Notes under the pieces: model-generated
The model's database searches: none
What the model was told of the DNA's origin: nothing
Seen by the model: the letters and a program-made list of their open reading frames with translations, nothing else
Program-made: the position numbers and the translations under genes
Shown here: piece by piece, positions 48,882 through 58,705 of the stretch
How positions within the stretch are numbered: position 1 is the first letter of the stretch
Layout: every line of letters begins with the position of its first letter
Assembly (NCBI GenBank): GCA_050012075.1
Contig: JBEKHW010000002.1
Location: forward strand, 126,889-190,888
DNA: 64,000 nucleotides
Reading direction: 5' to 3'
From: Candidatus Omnitrophota bacterium
GTDB taxonomy: Bacteria; Omnitrophota; Gorgyraeia; Gygaellales; Profunditerraquicolaceae

Positions 48882-51487
48882 GGAAAAAATTCCTCGATTT
48901 CTTTAAAGCAAAAAAACACCGGATAGTGGAAAGTGATTCTCTGGTGCCCAAGGACGACCCTACGGTACTTTTTACCCCTGCCGGTATGAACCAGTTCAAG
49001 AAAGAATTCCTTGGTTTTGACGCGGGGTTTAAGCGCGCAGCCACTTCTCAGCGCTGCCTGCGTACTGATGACTTGGATAAAGTCGGAAAGACGGCGGTAC
49101 ATCACACTTTCTTTGAGATGCTGGGAAATTTTTCCTTCGGGGATTATTTTAAGAAAGAAGCGATCTCCTGGGCGTGGGAATTCTTAACCGTAGATTTAAA
49201 AATAAATCCGGATAAACTCTGGGTATCGGTTTACCATGAAGATGAGGAAGCGTATAAAATCTGGAAAGACCTGATTAAGGTCCCTGTCAAAAAAATTGTT
49301 AAATTAGGTGATAAGGAAAATTTTTGGCCGGCAGAGGCAAAAACCAAAGGCCCTAACGGCCCTTGCGGCCCCTGTTCAGAAATATTCTTTGATTTCGGAG
49401 AAGATGTCGGCTGCAAAGAAAAGGCCTGTGACCCTTCCTGCAACTGCGGAAGGTTTGCGGAAATCTGGAATCTGGTTTTCACCCAGTTTAACCGTAAAGA
49501 GGGAGGTGTATTAGAGACCCTGCCGAATAAAAATATAGATACCGGTATGGGCCTGGAGAGATTAGCGGCAGTAATGCAGGGTAAGAAAAATAATTTTGAA
49601 ACAGAATTGTTCCGGCCTCTGATTATGGAGATAAGTTCAGGCGCCAAGGACCAGGGTAAGAACGATAAAAAGATAATTTATGCGGTTAGTGATCATTTGC
49701 GCGCGATTGTTTTCGCAATTTATGACGGTGTCATGCCTTCAAATGAGGCAAGGGGGTATGTCATCCGTAAATTAATCCGTAAATGCAGTATGCACCTGCG
49801 CGCCCTGGGGATTAAAAAGCCGTTTCTTTATAAGTTAGTGCCGGTATTGGCAGAAATTATGCGAGAGTCTTACCCGGAGCTCAAAGACCGCCAGGAAAAT
49901 ATTGCTCAAATTATTCTTTCAGAAGAAAAAGGTTTTCTCTCTACGCTTAATTCAAGCGACAGTTTGTTCAAGAATAAATTTAAAGAAGTAGCTATAAAAG
50001 AGGATCCGGAGAAGGCAGGAGAACTTACTTTCCAGCTTTATGATACTTACGGCATTCCTTTTGAATTAACCAGTGATTGGCTGGAAAAAAATAAAATAAA
50101 AATCTCAATCGATGTTTTCCGGAGGGAATTAGAGAAGCAGAAAACACGCTCTCAGTTGCAGAGCGTGATGAAGGGGGATGTTTTTGATATCAAAGACCTG
50201 CATCTGGGAGCCAAAGCCACGAAATTTCTAGGTTATGCGCAGCACGAAGTAAAAGCTAAAATTATAAAAATTGTTAAGGATCAGGCAGTAGTTAAGAAGA
50301 TTTCTAAGGGTGAGAAGACAAGAATCATCCTTGACCAAACTCCCTTTTATCCCGAGAGCGGAGGCCAGGTTGCCGATACCGGGGAATTCATCAAAGGGAA
50401 AAATATTTTTCAGGTCCAAAATACTAAAAAATTTGATAAAGTGATTGTGCATACGGGTATTGTAAAAGAAGGGGCTTTTAAGGCGGGAGATCTGGTTTTA
50501 GCTAAAATTGATTTAGCGCGTAGGCTTGCAATTGCCCGTAACCATACCGCCACGCACCTTTTACAGGCAGCCTTACGCAAAATTTTAGGTAAGCACGTTA
50601 AACAACAGGGATCTTTGGTTGCCGAAGATAGATTACGTTTTGATTTTACCCATTTCCAGGATGTTAAAGAAGAGGAATTAGCCCGGGTGGAAGAAGAAGT
50701 AAATAACTATATTTTGGATAACCATACCCTGAAGGCTAAAGAAATGACTTTGAGTATGGCAAAAAAGACCGGCGCATTGGCGTTCTTCGGGGAGAAGTAT
50801 GGCGATAAGGTGCGTGTCGTAGAAATCAGCGACTTATCCAAGGAATTTTGCGGGGGTACCCACCTTGATGCTACAGGCCAGATCGGCCTTTTTAAGATAC
50901 TGCAGGAGGGCTCGGTTGCAAGCGGGGTAAGGAGGATAGAAGCAACCACAGGAAAGTCCGCCTATCAAAAGATAAAAGAAGAGGAAGCTGCTATCAGCGA
51001 TATTGTTTCTGATTTAGGTGTCCCGGCAGATAGAATAGCAGAAGAGGTAGAAAAAAGAATCAACCGGATAAAAGATTTAGAAAAGGCTTTGAACTTGGAG
51101 AGATCGCAAATAGCTACACAGCAAACAGATGAATTAAAAGATAAAGCCGAGAATATAAATGGAGTTGATTGTATTCTTTATTTGCGGGATAATCTCGATA
51201 TGGATTTTTTAAGAAAACATGTGGATTTGCTTAAAGCCAAGAAAGACAGTAACACTCTTATTGCCCTGGGTGCTAATAACAACGGAAGCGCGTTACTGGT
51301 TATTGGTATTACAAATGATTTAGTCCAGAAGGGATTAGACGCCTCAATTTTAATCAGGGAGGCAGCTAAATTCATAGGCGGCAGCGGCGGAGGCAGAAAA
51401 GATTTTGCCCAGGCAGGAGGGGATAATCCCCAGGGGCTTACCCAGGCATTTGAGGCCATAAAATCGTTTATAGGGAAAATAAAATGA
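48863..51487 (+). CDS. alaS: Alanine--tRNA ligase
   Basis: AGMNQFK, HHTFFEMLGNFSFGDYFK, HTATHLL, CGGTH, GGGRKDFAQAGG. Confidence 0.97.
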   Translation: MQADLLRKKFLDFFKAKKHRIVESDSLVPKDDPTVLFTPAGMNQFKKEFLGFDAGFKRAATSQRCLRTDDLDKVGKTAVHHTFFEMLGNFSFGDYFKKEAISWAWEFLTVDLKINPDKLWVSVYHEDEEAYKIWKDLIKVPVKKIVKLGDKENFWPAEAKTKGPNGPCGPCSEIFFDFGEDVGCKEKACDPSCNCGRFAEIWNLVFTQFNRKEGGVLETLPNKNIDTGMGLERLAAVMQGKKNNFETELFRPLIMEISSGAKDQGKNDKKIIYAVSDHLRAIVFAIYDGVMPSNEARGYVIRKLIRKCSMHLRALGIKKPFLYKLVPVLAEIMRESYPELKDRQENIAQIILSEEKGFLSTLNSSDSLFKNKFKEVAIKEDPEKAGELTFQLYDTYGIPFELTSDWLEKNKIKISIDVFRRELEKQKTRSQLQSVMKGDVFDIKDLHLGAKATKFLGYAQHEVKAKIIKIVKDQAVVKKISKGEKTRIILDQTPFYPESGGQVADTGEFIKGKNIFQVQNTKKFDKVIVHTGIVKEGAFKAGDLVLAKIDLARRLAIARNHTATHLLQAALRKILGKHVKQQGSLVAEDRLRFDFTHFQDVKEEELARVEEEVNNYILDNHTLKAKEMTLSMAKKTGALAFFGEKYGDKVRVVEISDLSKEFCGGTHLDATGQIGLFKILQEGSVASGVRRIEATTGKSAYQKIKEEEAAISDIVSDLGVPADRIAEEVEKRINRIKDLEKALNLERSQIATQQTDELKDKAENINGVDCILYLRDNLDMDFLRKHVDLLKAKKDSNTLIALGANNNGSALLVIGITNDLVQKGLDASILIREAAKFIGGSGGGRKDFAQAGGDNPQGLTQAFEAIKSFIGKIK

Positions 51488-51488
51488 A

Positions 51489-51568
51489 CCCCGCACCTTC
51501 TTTTGATTCACTGCATAAGAAGGCGGGGGTATAAATAAAGTGTTTGAATAGGGAAGAAGGTGAAGGGG
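51489..51568. mobile_element. MITE-like element at the alaS/hisD junction
   Basis: CCCCGCACCTTCTT ... AAGAAGGTGAAGGGG flanked by TGAA direct repeats. Confidence 0.65.
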
Positions 51569-52794
51569 TGAATATCATACGTTTCGGCAGCAAAAAATTA
51601 GAACAACTTTATAACCGTTCAATAAACCGGCAGAAGCACGTAATCGAGAAGGTAAAGAGGATTATTGATGATGTGCGCCTGCTCGGTGATGAAGCATTAC
51701 TGAAATATACCAGGAAATTCGACGGGATAAAGTTGCCGATGCGCCAGTTAAAGGTATCACAAATTGAAATCAGCGGAGCTTACCAGAATATAAGCCCTAA
51801 TTTTATTCCCAGTCTCAAGGTGATTATTGAAAATGTAAACAGGTTTTATCGTAAGACCCTGAAGAAATCCTGGAGGATAAACGACAGGGAGGGAGCTGTT
51901 TTAGGAGAAAATTATACGCCTTTAGAGAGAGTCGGTATATATATCCCGGCAGGTACGGCACCCCTGGTTTCTACGGTATATATGACGGTGTTGCCGGCCC
52001 GGCTTGCCGGAGTCAAAAAGATAGTGCTGATAAGCCCTCCGGATAAACATGGAGCGATAAATCCGCACATACTGGTAGTTGCCGACCTGTTAAAGGTAGA
52101 TGAGATTTACCGTGTAGGCGGTGCGCAGGGTATTGCCGCATTGGCATACGGCACCAAGACCATCCCGCGGGTAGATAAGATTGTAGGCCCCGGTAACGTC
52201 TATGTAAGCGAGGCAAAGCGCCAGGTATTCGGTATCGTAGATATAGATATGGTTGCCGGCCCCACGGAGCTTGTTATAATTGCTAACCGTCTTAGCGACC
52301 CGAAGTTTATTATCGCTGACCTTAAAGCGCAGTCAGAGCACAGTAAGGGGCTGGCTATCCTGATTACTAATTCTAAGAGCCTGGCAAAGGAAGTGAAGAT
52401 GAAGCTTACAGGTGAAAACGGCTATATCATTTTGACAAAGAACTTAGAGCAGGCAGTGGATATCTCCAATAAAATCGCGCCAGAGCATCTTGAGATCCTG
52501 GTGAATAATCCGCAAAGGCTCTTAAAGTGCGTAAAGAATGCCGGAGCTGTATTTTTGGGGCCTTACAGCCCTACTGCGGTCGGAGACTATGTAGCCGGGC
52601 CAAGCCACGTTTTACCTACTCACGGAACAGCCAGATTTTTCTCCGGACTTTCAGTTACTGATTTCATGAAGAGTATCCATGTCATAAGTTATTCCAGGAA
52701 GGCGCTGGAGAAGGCAAGGGAGCCGTTGGAAAAAATTGCTACCATAGAAGGCCTGACTAAGCATCTGGATTCTGTTAAAGCAAGATTTTTATAA
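51568..52794 (+). CDS. hisD: Histidinol dehydrogenase (GTG start at 51568 inferred)
   Basis: GGAQ, GPGN, AQSEH, APEHL, GDYVAGPSHVLPT. Confidence 0.93.
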   Translation: MNIIRFGSKKLEQLYNRSINRQKHVIEKVKRIIDDVRLLGDEALLKYTRKFDGIKLPMRQLKVSQIEISGAYQNISPNFIPSLKVIIENVNRFYRKTLKKSWRINDREGAVLGENYTPLERVGIYIPAGTAPLVSTVYMTVLPARLAGVKKIVLISPPDKHGAINPHILVVADLLKVDEIYRVGGAQGIAALAYGTKTIPRVDKIVGPGNVYVSEAKRQVFGIVDIDMVAGPTELVIIANRLSDPKFIIADLKAQSEHSKGLAILITNSKSLAKEVKMKLTGENGYIILTKNLEQAVDISNKIAPEHLEILVNNPQRLLKCVKNAGAVFLGPYSPTAVGDYVAGPSHVLPTHGTARFFSGLSVTDFMKSIHVISYSRKALEKAREPLEKIATIEGLTKHLDSVKARFL

Positions 52795-52818
52795 GATAAG
52801 TTTTATCGGGAGAAAAAG

Positions 52819-53421
52819 ATGAGAGAGGCTACCAAGACAAGAAAAAGTAAAGAAACTGACATCACTATAAAACTGAATATCGACGGTAGTGGGATGGCGA
52901 AAATTGATTCCGGTATAGGTTTTCTAGACCATATGCTGGAGTTATTTGCTTTTTGGGGGCATTTTGATCTTGAAGTTACTACCAAAGAAGCAGATTTAAA
53001 AGTGGATATTCACCATACAAATGAAGATTTAGGGATTGTTTTAGGACAGGCTTTTAAAGAAGCCCTGGGGGATAAGGTAGGGATTAAAAGAAATGGCTTC
53101 GCTTCATTTATCATGGAAAGTGTAACTGCAAATGTAACTGTGGATATTAGCGGTAGGGCATTTTTTAGTTGGCCTCTTACAGGTGCTGGAGTTCGCGAAG
53201 ATACAAAGGAGGGCTATGATTTTGAATATGCAGCACATTTCTTAGATGCGTTTAGCAAAACTTTAGGTATGAATTTAAATATAGTCATTGCCGGAAGCAG
53301 CCCCGACTTACATACGACTCTGGAGCCTATCTTTAAGGCCTTAGGTAAAGCTTTAGACGAGGCCACCCAGATCGATCCCCGTCGTAAAGGCGTGCCCTCT
53401 ACAAAAGGCGTGATTGACTGA
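52819..53421 (+). CDS. hisB: Imidazoleglycerol-phosphate dehydratase, divergent
   Basis: ETDI, FLDHML, HHTNED, PSTKG; second metal motif altered. Confidence 0.8.
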   Translation: MREATKTRKSKETDITIKLNIDGSGMAKIDSGIGFLDHMLELFAFWGHFDLEVTTKEADLKVDIHHTNEDLGIVLGQAFKEALGDKVGIKRNGFASFIMESVTANVTVDISGRAFFSWPLTGAGVREDTKEGYDFEYAAHFLDAFSKTLGMNLNIVIAGSSPDLHTTLEPIFKALGKALDEATQIDPRRKGVPSTKGVID

Positions 53422-53422
53422 T

Positions 53423-54055
53423 ATGATTGCGATTATTGATTACGGTATGGGTAATATTCATAGCGTAAATAAAGCCCTTCAACTTTATGGCGCCGAAACT
53501 ATCGTCACCAATGACCCTGGAGAAATTTCGAAATCAGAAAAGATAGTCTTGCCCGGAGTAGGTGCTTTTGATGATGCCATGCATGAACTTACAGGCCGCG
53601 GGCTTGTTTCTGCCATTAAGAAAGAAATAAAATCAGGAAAGCCGCTTTTAGGGATTTGCCTGGGGATGCAGTTGTTATTTGAGGAAAGCCAGGAAGCAAA
53701 GAAGGCAAAGGGCTTGAGTATACTTAAAGGAACGGTAAGAAAATTTAAAGAAACAAATGGATTAAAGGTGCCGCACATGGGTTGGAACCAGCTTAAAAAG
53801 TCACAAAGTCACAAAGTCACAAAGTCACACGAATGTCCCCTATTAAAAAATGTGCCGGACGGTTCCTATGTATATTTCTGCCATTCATATTATCCTCGGC
53901 CTTTAGATAAAAGTACTGTTGCTGCTGTTACAGATTATGGGATAGATTTCACTTCTGTTGTATGGAAAGATAATGTATACGGGGTGCAGTTTCATCCGGA
54001 GAAAAGCCAGAAAATCGGCCTTAAGATTATAGAAAATTTTCTTTCATTATGTTAA
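53423..54055 (+). CDS. hisH: Imidazole glycerol phosphate synthase glutaminase subunit
   Basis: DYGMGN, LPGVG, GICLG, PHMGWN, QFHPEKS. Confidence 0.95.
   Translation: MIAIIDYGMGNIHSVNKALQLYGAETIVTNDPGEISKSEKIVLPGVGAFDDAMHELTGRGLVSAIKKEIKSGKPLLGICLGMQLLFEESQEAKKAKGLSILKGTVRKFKETNGLKVPHMGWNQLKKSQSHKVTKSHECPLLKNVPDGSYVYFCHSYYPRPLDKSTVAAVTDYGIDFTSVVWKDNVYGVQFHPEKSQKIGLKIIENFLSLC
53797..53828 (+). repeat. (AAAGTCAC)x4 tandem repeat inside hisH
   Basis: Four perfect octamers encoding KSQSHKVTKSH. Confidence 0.9.
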
Positions 54056-54765
54056 TAATACCAGCTTTGGATTTAAAAGACGGGCATGTCGTAAGGTACG
54101 TACAGGGAAGGCGCGATAAAAAAGTTTATTCGCAAGACCCTATAAAAACAGCAAAACATTGGGTAAGGGCAGGGGCGAAGTTTTTGCATGTAGTTGACCT
54201 TGATGGCGCATTTACCGGAGTGATAAAGAATTTAGATACAGTAAAAGAAATTGCGCGCTCGGTAGATGTGCCTGTAGAATTCGGCGGTGGTGTAAGGAAT
54301 TTAGCGGTTATCGAAGAGCTATTGAAAGCCGGCATAAAGCGAGTAGTCCTGGGCACAAGGGCGATAGAGGACAGCTCTTTCCTGAAAAAGGCCTTTGATA
54401 AATTCAAGGAAAAAATCATCGTGAGCCTTGACGCAAAAGGAGAGAATCTCCTGATAGAGGGATGGAAGAATTCCGATAAGGAAAGGAATATAGCTCTTTT
54501 TGCAGGGGCGTTAAAGAAGATGGGTTTTAAGGAAGTGATTTATACCGATGTCATGAAAGACGGTACTCTTTCCGGCCCGAATATAAAAAGCATAAAAACA
54601 TTGCTAAAAAAGACGGGCTTACATATAATTGCTTCAGGCGGAATATCCAGGTTGGAGGATATCTTTAAACTAAAGAAGTTGGAGAAGGAAGGCCTTAGTG
54701 GAGCAATCATCGGTAAGGCCCTTTATGAAGGCAGGTTTACCTTAACTCAAGCACTACAGATTTAA
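54049..54765 (+). CDS. hisA: ProFAR isomerase
   Basis: IPALDL, HVVDLDGA, GGGVR, DGTLSGPN, SGGI. Confidence 0.95.
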   Translation: MLIIPALDLKDGHVVRYVQGRRDKKVYSQDPIKTAKHWVRAGAKFLHVVDLDGAFTGVIKNLDTVKEIARSVDVPVEFGGGVRNLAVIEELLKAGIKRVVLGTRAIEDSSFLKKAFDKFKEKIIVSLDAKGENLLIEGWKNSDKERNIALFAGALKKMGFKEVIYTDVMKDGTLSGPNIKSIKTLLKKTGLHIIASGGISRLEDIFKLKKLEKEGLSGAIIGKALYEGRFTLTQALQI

Positions 54766-54905
54766 AAGTCGTGGTTAAACTAAAGCTCCGCGCTACATGC
54801 GGATTAATTCGCAGACGCTTATAGGCGAATAAGATAACAGACGCTATAACTTATGTCGCTATTACATAGCTCCATAAGTTATCTGCTCATTAAAAGGAGG
54901 GAGAG

Positions 54906-55364
54906 ATGTTGAAAAGGTTATTAGGTGTTTTTGTTCTTACCGCGTTTGTTTTTACCCTGACCGGTTGCGCGACTGCGCGTAAACAGCGGGACGAAATACA
55001 GGGGTTACGAAACCAGGTTTCGGCTATGGAATCACAGTTACAGGCAAAGGACCAGGAAATAGGTAGTTTAAAAGCAGCTTTAGATAAGTCAGAACAAGAG
55101 AAAACCACTGAAGTCGTAGTTGAAAAAACAAAAAAGGTAAAAAAGATTATTCCTGAAGTAAAATCCAGGCCCCATGGCAAACAGATACAGGTTGCGCTTA
55201 AAAACGCCGGTTATTACACAGGAAAAATAGACGGCAGAATAGGCAAGCAAACAAAGGAAGCCATAAAAGCATTTCAGGCCGCCAATAATCTGAAAGCCGA
55301 CGGAAAGATGGATAAGGAAACCTGGAATTTGCTTAGCGAACATCTTTACAAAAAAGTCAAATAA
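54906..55364 (+). CDS. Lipoprotein with coiled coil and peptidoglycan-binding domain
   Basis: Lipobox LTGC; IQVALKNAGYY..IDG..G..T..AIKAFQ..L.ADG. Confidence 0.85.
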   Translation: MLKRLLGVFVLTAFVFTLTGCATARKQRDEIQGLRNQVSAMESQLQAKDQEIGSLKAALDKSEQEKTTEVVVEKTKKVKKIIPEVKSRPHGKQIQVALKNAGYYTGKIDGRIGKQTKEAIKAFQAANNLKADGKMDKETWNLLSEHLYKKVK

Positions 55365-55367
55365 GTA

Positions 55368-56123
55368 ATGCTTGCAAAGCGGATAATCCCCTGCCTGGAT
55401 ATTAAAGACGGCAGGGTGGTAAAAGGAGTGAAATTCTTAGGGCTACGCGATGCCGGAGACCCGGTGGAGGTAGCCAAGCTCTATGACCGGGAAGAAGCCG
55501 ATGAGCTGGTTTTTCTGGATATAACCGCGAGTTTAGAGAAACGCAAAACCCTTTTTAGCCTGGTTGAGGAGATAGCCAAAAATATTTTTCTTCCCTTTAC
55601 CGTAGGCGGAGGAGTATCCGATATAAGCGATATAAGGAGCCTTCTTAACGCCGGAGCGGAAAAGGTCTCTATCAATACCCAGGCGGTAAGATTCCCGGAT
55701 TTAATTGAGGAGGCATCCAGAAAATTCGGCAGCCAGTGCATTGTTGTCGCTATCGATGCCAAGAAAAATAATGACAGCTGGCAGGTATATATCAACGGCG
55801 GAAGGACTCCGGTAGAAATGGATGCCGTAAAATGGGCAAAAAAAGCCGGAGAATTAGGTGCAGGCGAGATACTCCTTACCAGTATGGATTATGACGGCAC
55901 AAAAGACGGCTTTGACATGCCGCTTACCGCGGCAGTGACCGGCGCAGTAAAAATACCGGTAATTGCCTCGGGAGGCGCAGGGAGCTTGGAGCATTTTTAT
56001 TCTGTTTTAACCAAAGCCGGAGCAGACGCGGCATTAGCCGCCTCGCTTTTTCATTATCAGGAATATTCGGTAAAAGAAGTAAAGGCGTATCTTAAGGAAA
56101 GAGGGGTGCCAGTCCGTTTATGA
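55368..56123 (+). CDS. hisF: Imidazole glycerol phosphate synthase cyclase subunit
   Basis: [27 protein letters not shown]. Confidence 0.96.
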   Translation: MLAKRIIPCLDIKDGRVVKGVKFLGLRDAGDPVEVAKLYDREEADELVFLDITASLEKRKTLFSLVEEIAKNIFLPFTVGGGVSDISDIRSLLNAGAEKVSINTQAVRFPDLIEEASRKFGSQCIVVAIDAKKNNDSWQVYINGGRTPVEMDAVKWAKKAGELGAGEILLTSMDYDGTKDGFDMPLTAAVTGAVKIPVIASGGAGSLEHFYSVLTKAGADAALAASLFHYQEYSVKEVKAYLKERGVPVRL

Positions 56124-56455
56124 AAAAGAAGAAAAGGATAAATTTAAGCGCTCTTAAGTTTGATGCCGCTGGGCTTATCCCGGCGATTATACAGGATTAT
56201 AAAACAGGAAAGGTCCTTATGTTGGCATATATGAATAAAGGGTCGCTAAAGAAGACTTTTAAGCTCGGTAAGACCTGTTTCTGGTCGCGTTCCCGCAAGG
56301 AATACTGGGTAAAAGGGGTGACCTCCGGCCACTTCCAATTCGTAAAATCCATTGCTTATGATTGCGACCTGGATGCCCTCTTGATTAAAGTGCGCCAGGT
56401 AGGCGTTGCCTGCCACACAGGAAACCATAGTTGTTTTTACAGGAGATTAAAGTAA
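56120..56455 (+). CDS. hisI: Phosphoribosyl-AMP cyclohydrolase
   Basis: WSRSR, KG.TSG, DCDLD, ACHTG..SCF. Confidence 0.94.
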   Translation: MKKKKRINLSALKFDAAGLIPAIIQDYKTGKVLMLAYMNKGSLKKTFKLGKTCFWSRSRKEYWVKGVTSGHFQFVKSIAYDCDLDALLIKVRQVGVACHTGNHSCFYRRLK

Positions 56456-56462
56456 GATAAAG

Positions 56463-57944
56463 ATGTATTCCCTTATCCTTAAAGAGTTCTTGAAACTAAC
56501 CGCCAAGGGAAACGTTATCCCTCTGTATAAAGAGATAAACGCGGATGTGGATACGCCCGTATCATTATTTCTGAAGTTAAAGCAGAGTGGTTATGCATTT
56601 CTGCTTGAATCCGTGGAAGGCCAAGAGAAGGTTGCCCGGTATTCTTTTTTAGGCTCCCAGCCTTCGCTTATAGTCCAAAGTAAAGGCAGGAATATAGCAA
56701 TAACTTCTAAAGGCGCAAAGAAAAAACGTTTTATAACTTCCGCAACGCCTCTGGATGAAATTAAGAAAATCATGTCCAGTTTTAAAGCGGTGAAGGTAGT
56801 CGGCCTTCCGCGTTTCTACGGTGGATTAGTGGGTTATATAGGTTATGATATGGTTAGATTCTTTGAGGATATACCGGATAAGAACCCGGATGACCTCAAG
56901 GTCCCTGATTCCGTATTTATGCTTACGGATAATATCCTGATTTTTGACCACGTCAGGCATACGGTCAAGATTGTGATAAATCTTATACTCCCACACAGCA
57001 AAATTTCCCGTCAGCAAAAAACAAAGGTTTATTTTAATGCGATAAACAGGATTAAAGCAACAGAAAAGAATTTATTGCAGCAGTTGCATTATAATAAGAT
57101 AAGCACCGTTAAATTGTCAAAGAAAATAAAAACGGAATCTAACTTTACAAAGAGCGAATTCGAGATGAATGTTAAGAAGGCAAAGGAATATATAAAAAAG
57201 GGAGACATCATACAGGTTGTGCCCTCGCAACGTTTTAAGATCAATACAAAACGCCGGCCTTTTGAGATTTACCGTAATTTAAGGAACCTGAATCCGTCTC
57301 CATATATGTTTTTCCTGCATCTGAAAGATATTTTCCTGATAGGTTCTTCTCCGGAAATGCTGGTGCGCTGCGAAGACGGCCTTATACAGACCCGGCCTAT
57401 TGCCGGCACGAGGAGACGTGGCGTAAGCGCAGAAGAAGACAATAAACTCGCCGCTCAATTGATAAGGGATAAAAAAGAAAGAGCAGAGCATATTATGCTT
57501 GTGGATTTAGGAAGGAATGACCTGGGCAGGGTTTCTCGGACAGGCACGGTTAGAGTAAACGAATTTATGTCAGTAGAAAAATATTCGCATGTAATGCATC
57601 TTGTCAGTGAAGTAAGGGGTAAACTTGACCGCAACAAGGATATTTATGATGTTCTAAGGTCGGCTTTTCCTGCTGGAACGGTAAGCGGCAGCCCGAAGAT
57701 CCGCGCGATGGAGATTATCGACGAGCTGGAAAATACCAAGAGGGGCCCGTATGCCGGATGCGTGGGCTATTTCAGTTTTTCCCATAACATGGATACATGT
57801 ATTACGATAAGGACCGTCCTTATCAAAGGTAGTTCCGCATACATTCAGGCAGGAGGAGGGATAGTAGCAGATTCAGTCCCGGAAAAAGAGTATCAGGAAT
57901 CGGTAAATAAAGCAAAGGCATTAATTGAAGCTATAATTAAGTAG
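56463..57944 (+). CDS. trpE: Anthranilate synthase component I
   Basis: [40 protein letters not shown]. Confidence 0.92.
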   Translation: MYSLILKEFLKLTAKGNVIPLYKEINADVDTPVSLFLKLKQSGYAFLLESVEGQEKVARYSFLGSQPSLIVQSKGRNIAITSKGAKKKRFITSATPLDEIKKIMSSFKAVKVVGLPRFYGGLVGYIGYDMVRFFEDIPDKNPDDLKVPDSVFMLTDNILIFDHVRHTVKIVINLILPHSKISRQQKTKVYFNAINRIKATEKNLLQQLHYNKISTVKLSKKIKTESNFTKSEFEMNVKKAKEYIKKGDIIQVVPSQRFKINTKRRPFEIYRNLRNLNPSPYMFFLHLKDIFLIGSSPEMLVRCEDGLIQTRPIAGTRRRGVSAEEDNKLAAQLIRDKKERAEHIMLVDLGRNDLGRVSRTGTVRVNEFMSVEKYSHVMHLVSEVRGKLDRNKDIYDVLRSAFPAGTVSGSPKIRAMEIIDELENTKRGPYAGCVGYFSFSHNMDTCITIRTVLIKGSSAYIQAGGGIVADSVPEKEYQESVNKAKALIEAIIK

Positions 57945-58010
57945 TTCATGGTTCATAGTGGATAGTTCATAGTAAAATATTTACCATGAACAATGAACTA
58001 TGAACTATAA
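57942..58010. repeat. Heptamer inverted tandem array
   Basis: TAGTTCA TGGTTCA TAGTGGA TAGTTCA ... ACCATGA ACAATGA ACTATGA ACTATAA. Confidence 0.85.
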
Positions 58011-58028
58011 CGAAGGAGGGTTAAATTA

Positions 58029-58268
58029 ATGGCAGTGCATATTCGTTTAAGGAGAATCGGAAAAAGGCCAAAGGGCAGGCCTTATTTCAGGGTTACTGTT
58101 TTTGACGAACGCAAAGCCCGTGATAGCAGATTTCTTGAAGAGTTAGGTTTTTATAACCCGGTAACCGGAGAAGCGAAGCTAAAGAAGGAACGTATTGAGC
58201 ACTGGGTAAAGAACGGCGCGCAACTTTCCGCAACCGTGAAGAGTCTGATGAAGAGAAAACAAGCTTAA
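58029..58268 (+). CDS. rpsP: 30S ribosomal protein S16
   Basis: IRLRRIG, LGFYNP, GAQLS.TV. Confidence 0.93.
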   Translation: MAVHIRLRRIGKRPKGRPYFRVTVFDERKARDSRFLEELGFYNPVTGEAKLKKERIEHWVKNGAQLSATVKSLMKRKQA

Positions 58269-58270
58269 AT

Positions 58271-58379
58271 CTCCGCGCATAGCGCGGCGTTAAATAAGCG
58301 CTAGCACCGAGCATAGCTCGGTGTGATTTCGGCGTATACGCCAGTGGCACGCCGAAATCAACATCCGATACATTATTTA
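58271..58379. repeat. Hairpin module upstream of yajC
   Basis: Two GCATAGC hairpins plus a 12-bp stem with ATACGCCAGTGGC loop. Confidence 0.75.
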
Positions 58380-58396
58380 TCTAAGGAGGCAAGAAA

Positions 58397-58705
58397 ATGC
58401 CAAGTCAGCAGGCAGTAAATCCCATGTTACAGATGTTTCCGCTATTACTTATCTTTTTAGTTTTTTACTTTTTATTGATCAGGCCGCAGAGGCAGCGTGA
58501 AAAAGAGCAACAGAAGATGCTTAATTCCCTGAATAAAAATGATGAAATAGTCACGACCGGCGGGATACACGGCACAATCGTCAACGTAAAAGATAAGACA
58601 ATTATAATAAGAGTAGACGACAATGTTAAACTTGAATTAGAAAAAAGCTGTGTTTCTTGCGTCAAGAAACCGCAAGGCGCAGTTGAACCGAAACTCCACG
58701 CATAG
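58397..58705 (+). CDS. yajC: Preprotein translocase subunit YajC
   Basis: FYFLLIRPQ, VTTGGIHG. Confidence 0.95.
   Translation: MPSQQAVNPMLQMFPLLLIFLVFYFLLIRPQRQREKEQQKMLNSLNKNDEIVTTGGIHGTIVNVKDKTIIIRVDDNVKLELEKSCVSCVKKPQGAVEPKLHA

Noticed and set aside
51544-51567. TTG start and MNREEGEG extension of HisD
   Set aside because: It lies inside the inserted element; GTG at 51568 fits better.
58029-58705. rpsP not followed by rimM-trmD; hisG, hisC, hisE and trpG absent
   Set aside because: Operon scattering is common and cannot be judged from one window.
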